A stretch of DNA of 64,000 nt, from positions 70,866,001 through 70,930,000 of the forward strand of contig OZ286465.1 of assembly GCA_965644265.1 (NCBI GenBank). The letters are read 5' to 3'. The translations under genes were made by a program, and so were the position numbers. Shown in pieces: positions 60,631-64,000 of this stretch. Position 1 is the stretch's first letter. Each line of letters begins with the position of its first letter. The notes beneath the pieces are model-generated. The model was not told the origin of the DNA and searched no databases. It was given only the letters and a program-made list of their open reading frames with translations. The stretch comes from Glycera tridactyla (taxonomy: Eukaryota).

Positions 60631-61758
60631 ATAATCATCTTCAACTAAAACCAACCCCAGGTCTCTGGTGCCCATCTACTGCACTATCATACATGTGGAG
60701 ATGGGGATGATTGAACAACTTTCATTTTCCCACAAAATTTAGCTGCAAGATGCCAAAAATAGACGCATTTCATTGTTGCCTAGCAACAAGAAAAATAATG
60801 ATTTGTAAAGAAAACACCCAAATCTGAGATGTTCAGATCATGACCAATGCAGCTGGCACAAAAACCCAAAATCACCCGACAATTTTTTTTTCTTCGAAAT
60901 TTTCAGTGAGGAGGAGAAGTGGTTCTCGCCACAGGAATATGAGGGCTAAAGGGTTAAAGAAACTTGTTGCAGCAGGGGTCAGTTCCATTCTGGGGACGAG
61001 TATCCATTGAGGTGTGCAGAATAAAAGCACCAAGCCAAATCATTCATGCAAAGAATCAGACGTGAGAAAGGATAATACTCAAATTGCTTTTCTTCAAGTG
61101 TATATAACTTCAGGCGATGTTTGTAAATCCTTAAAAACTACTCACAAGAGATATTGTATTGATTATATCCGCAGGATTATAACCTTGGAATCAGGAATCC
61201 AACCATCAGCGCAAATCTCATTACCTCAGTTGAATAAATCAAGAAGCCTGTACACCTCTTACAAGATAATGACAAGAGGATATCATGCAAGATTCTGTCC
61301 TTCAAAGCATATGCAATTTTTAAAGGTATTGAGGCATGTATCAATTGTCACATGCCCTGGGGACGGCGTAATTAGCATGATAAGAGCGAGATGTGGATAT
61401 CGGCAAATGCGCTTCACCAATCAGCGTCAAGTTAATGGGACCAGTCAAGCAGAATTGAATGCTACGCCACACTCTCATGAACACAATCACATCGGGCTGC
61501 ATGAAAAATCCAACATGACCACACACCAGCCACGCAAGATTGTCCGTTCTGCCCCAGTAATAGAGCAAATCAATATGCATACGGTGAGTAAAAGGATTTC
61601 CCGAATATTGCGGGCAGTCGTGCAACTTTCTGAGTATTGCAGCCCAACAAAAAATTTCCGCATGAGACAAAAACTTATCTGTCTCACCATTTTACTCTAA
61701 ATAAAAAAAAAATGTTTTGACTTTCAATCTCCATTTTGAGTTTGAGCAGTATGATGGT

Positions 61759-61969
61759 TTGTGATGCATCTAGGAATTCAAACTTAGGGGCCAATCTCTC
61801 TTCAAAAATAGTGGCCAATGCAGGATTAAAAGGGGCCAATATGATTGAAATCATAAGAAATACCCTTGAAAATAGTGGGGGATCTTGGCCCCGCTGAATT
61901 TCAAATGGCGCCAAATCAGAAAAAAAACTGGGTCAAAATGCCCCAAGGCCCCTCCTAGATGCAACACTG
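61759..61969. mobile_element. Probable hAT-like MITE (CAGTGTTGCATCTAG TIR)
   Basis: CTAGATGCAACACTG ending at 61969 pairs 12/15 with TTGTGATGCATCTAG at 61759; a related left end occurs at ~31902. Confidence 0.5.
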
Positions 61970-62124
61970 AATGTTTGAGGTAACAAGCCACATTGACGCT
62001 CGTCATTAGCCAGTTAGCCAGGGGCTAAAGCTTTTTTCATCAGGCCAAAGAAGACTGGCCAAATTGGCTAAATTAAATTAGGTTGGAGCAAAGGGAGACA
62101 GAGAATATATACTTTCTTACAGCT

Positions 62125-64000
62125 CATGTACCAGGCAGTCTACAGAAATCTGTAGTACAGATAACTCATGTCTGAAATTCAGAAGTCCTCGCAGCTCATG
62201 ATTTCTACCTAGGGAAGATAAATACTGTCTGCATCTCTGAAGGTCACTGCTAGAGGTCACATGTCTCGATCCATTGAGGACACCTCATACAGCCAAGTAA
62301 AGTTGTATCCAACACTATTATGACCACACCTGACCCCATCCAAGCCAGTATCATGATCGCGATAATGGCGACAATCATGCAAAGCTTTGGCCACACGGAA
62401 TATCAAATTATAGCTGGAAATGACTTTGAGTAGATTGTTCAAAAGTTACAATTCAGGGCTCTACTTTGCTACCTGTGGGTAGCAAATTGCAATTAGCTTT
62501 CCCTCTGACTCACTCCAAAAATTTTGAGAGGTTGTAATTGGCAATTGGCATGTACCAGGCAGTCTACAGAAATCTGTAGTACAGATAACTCATGTCTGAA
62601 ATTCAGAAGTCCTCACAGCTCATGATTTCTACCTAGGGAAGATAAATACTGTCTGCATCTCTGAAGGTCACTGGCTAGAGGTCACATGTCTCGATCCATT
62701 GAGGACACCTCATACAGCCAAGTAAAGTTGTATCCAACACTATTATGACCACACCTGACCCCATCCAAGCCAGTATCATGATCGCGATAATGGCGACAAT
62801 CATGCAAAGCTTTGGCCACACGGAATATCAAATTATAGCTGGAAATGACTTTGAGTAGATTGTTCAAAAGTTACAATTCAGGGCTCTACTTTGCTACCTG
62901 TGGGTAGCAAATTGCAATTAGCTTTCCCTCTGACTCACTCCAAAAATTTTGAGAGGTTGTAATTGGCAATTGGCATGTACCAGGCAGTCTACAGAAATCT
63001 GTAGTACAGATAACTCATGTCTGAAATTCAGAAGTCCTCACAGCTCATGATTTCTACCTAGGGAAGATAAATACTGTCTGCATCTCTGAAGGTCACTGGC
63101 TAGAGGTCACATGTCTCGATCCATTGAGGACACCTCATACAGCCAAGTAAAGTTGTATCCAACACTATTATGACCACACCTGACCCCATCCAAGCCAGTA
63201 TCATGATCGCGATAATGGCGACAATCATGCAAAGCTTTGGCCACACGGAATATCAAATTATAGCTGGAAATGACTTTGAGTAGATTGTTCAAAAGTTACA
63301 ATTCAGGGCTCTACTTTGCTACCTGTGGGTAGCAAATTGCAATTAGCTTTCCCTCTGACTCACTCCAAAAATTTTGAGAGGTTGTAATTGGCAATTGGCA
63401 TGTACCAGGCAGTCTACAGAAATCTGTAGTACAGATAACTCATGTCTGAAATTCAGAAGTCCTCACAGCTCATGATTTCTACCTAGGGAAGATAAATACT
63501 GTCTGCATCTCTGAAGGTCACTGGCTAGAGGTCACATGTCTCGATCCATTGAGGACACCTCATACAGCCAAGTAAAGTTGTATCCAACACTATTATGACC
63601 ACACCTGACCCCATCCAAGCCAGTATCATGATCGCGATAATGGCGACAATCATGCAAAGCTTTGGCCACACGGAATATCAAATTATAGCTGGAAATGACT
63701 TTGAGTAGATTGTTCAAAAGTTACAATTCAGGGCTCTACTTTGCTACCTGTGGGTAGCAAATTGCAATTAGCTTTCCCTCTGACTCACTCCAAAAATTTT
63801 GAGAGGTTGTAATTGGCAATTGGCATGTACCAGGCAGTCTACAGAAATCTGTAGTACAGATAACTCATGTCTGAAATTCAGAAGTCCTCACAGCTCATGA
63901 TTTCTACCTAGGGAAGATAAATACTGTCTGCATCTCTGAAGGTCACTGGCTAGAGGTCACATGTCTCGATCCATTGAGGACACCTCATACAGCCAAGTAA
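62125..64000. repeat. Near-identical 425-bp tandem array (at least 4.4 units, continues past the window end)
   Basis: CATGTACCAGGCAGTC at 62125, 62549, 62974, 63399 and 63824; only about two differences seen, both in the first unit. Confidence 0.97.

Larger units (their letters stand above)
51003..60953. mobile_element. ~9.95-kb non-autonomous piggyBac-like element
   Basis: TTAA-CCCTTTAGCCCTCA at 50999-51016 and TGAGGGCTAAAGGG-TTAA at 60940-60957: a perfect 14-bp TIR with CCC termini and TTAA on both sides. No transposase ORF. Confidence 0.8.

Noticed and set aside
61014-61700. 228-aa + strand ORF and overlapping minus-strand ORFs
   Set aside because: GTG start, no recognisable motif or clear splice signals. 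It could be a decayed TE, but I cannot support a call.
62257-63717. Four identical 61-aa ORFs
   Set aside because: They are a by-product of the 425-bp tandem array, with no independent sign of coding.

Overview
Eukaryotic, AT-rich, gapped draft-assembly DNA with five N-runs, most likely from an invertebrate animal; the repeat types resemble those of lophotrochozoans, but that is an inference. There are no prokaryotic features, rRNA or tRNA genes, or CRISPR arrays. Host coding content is limited to one convincing ~2.4-kb minus-strand terminal exon (1168-3554; acidic, Ser-rich, disordered, with PP1 RVxF, PY and W-acidic motifs) and a candidate 79-codon start exon or ORF (6491-6730). The rest is layered transposable elements. 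About 25 TA-flanked CAG...CTG palindromic MITEs (Tc1/mariner-pogo type) are present: two have grown internal satellites and one has been hit twice by its own family. A Helentron-type non-autonomous element (HINE, 9712-12840) carries a 147-bp satellite and is split by an insertion with a 6-bp TSD. Other items are hAT-type MITEs, a 1.7-kb TIR element, and a ~9.95-kb TTAA-flanked piggyBac-ended element (51003-60953) built of complex tandem arrays, with nested CR1, SINE and Gypsy pieces and an array of RFX X-box-like sites. Decayed Gypsy, Penelope, RTE and CR1 remnants, a 25-bp minisatellite and a near-identical 425-bp tandem array running off the window end complete the picture. All coordinates were counted by eye and may be off by a few bases, more so for degenerate copies.
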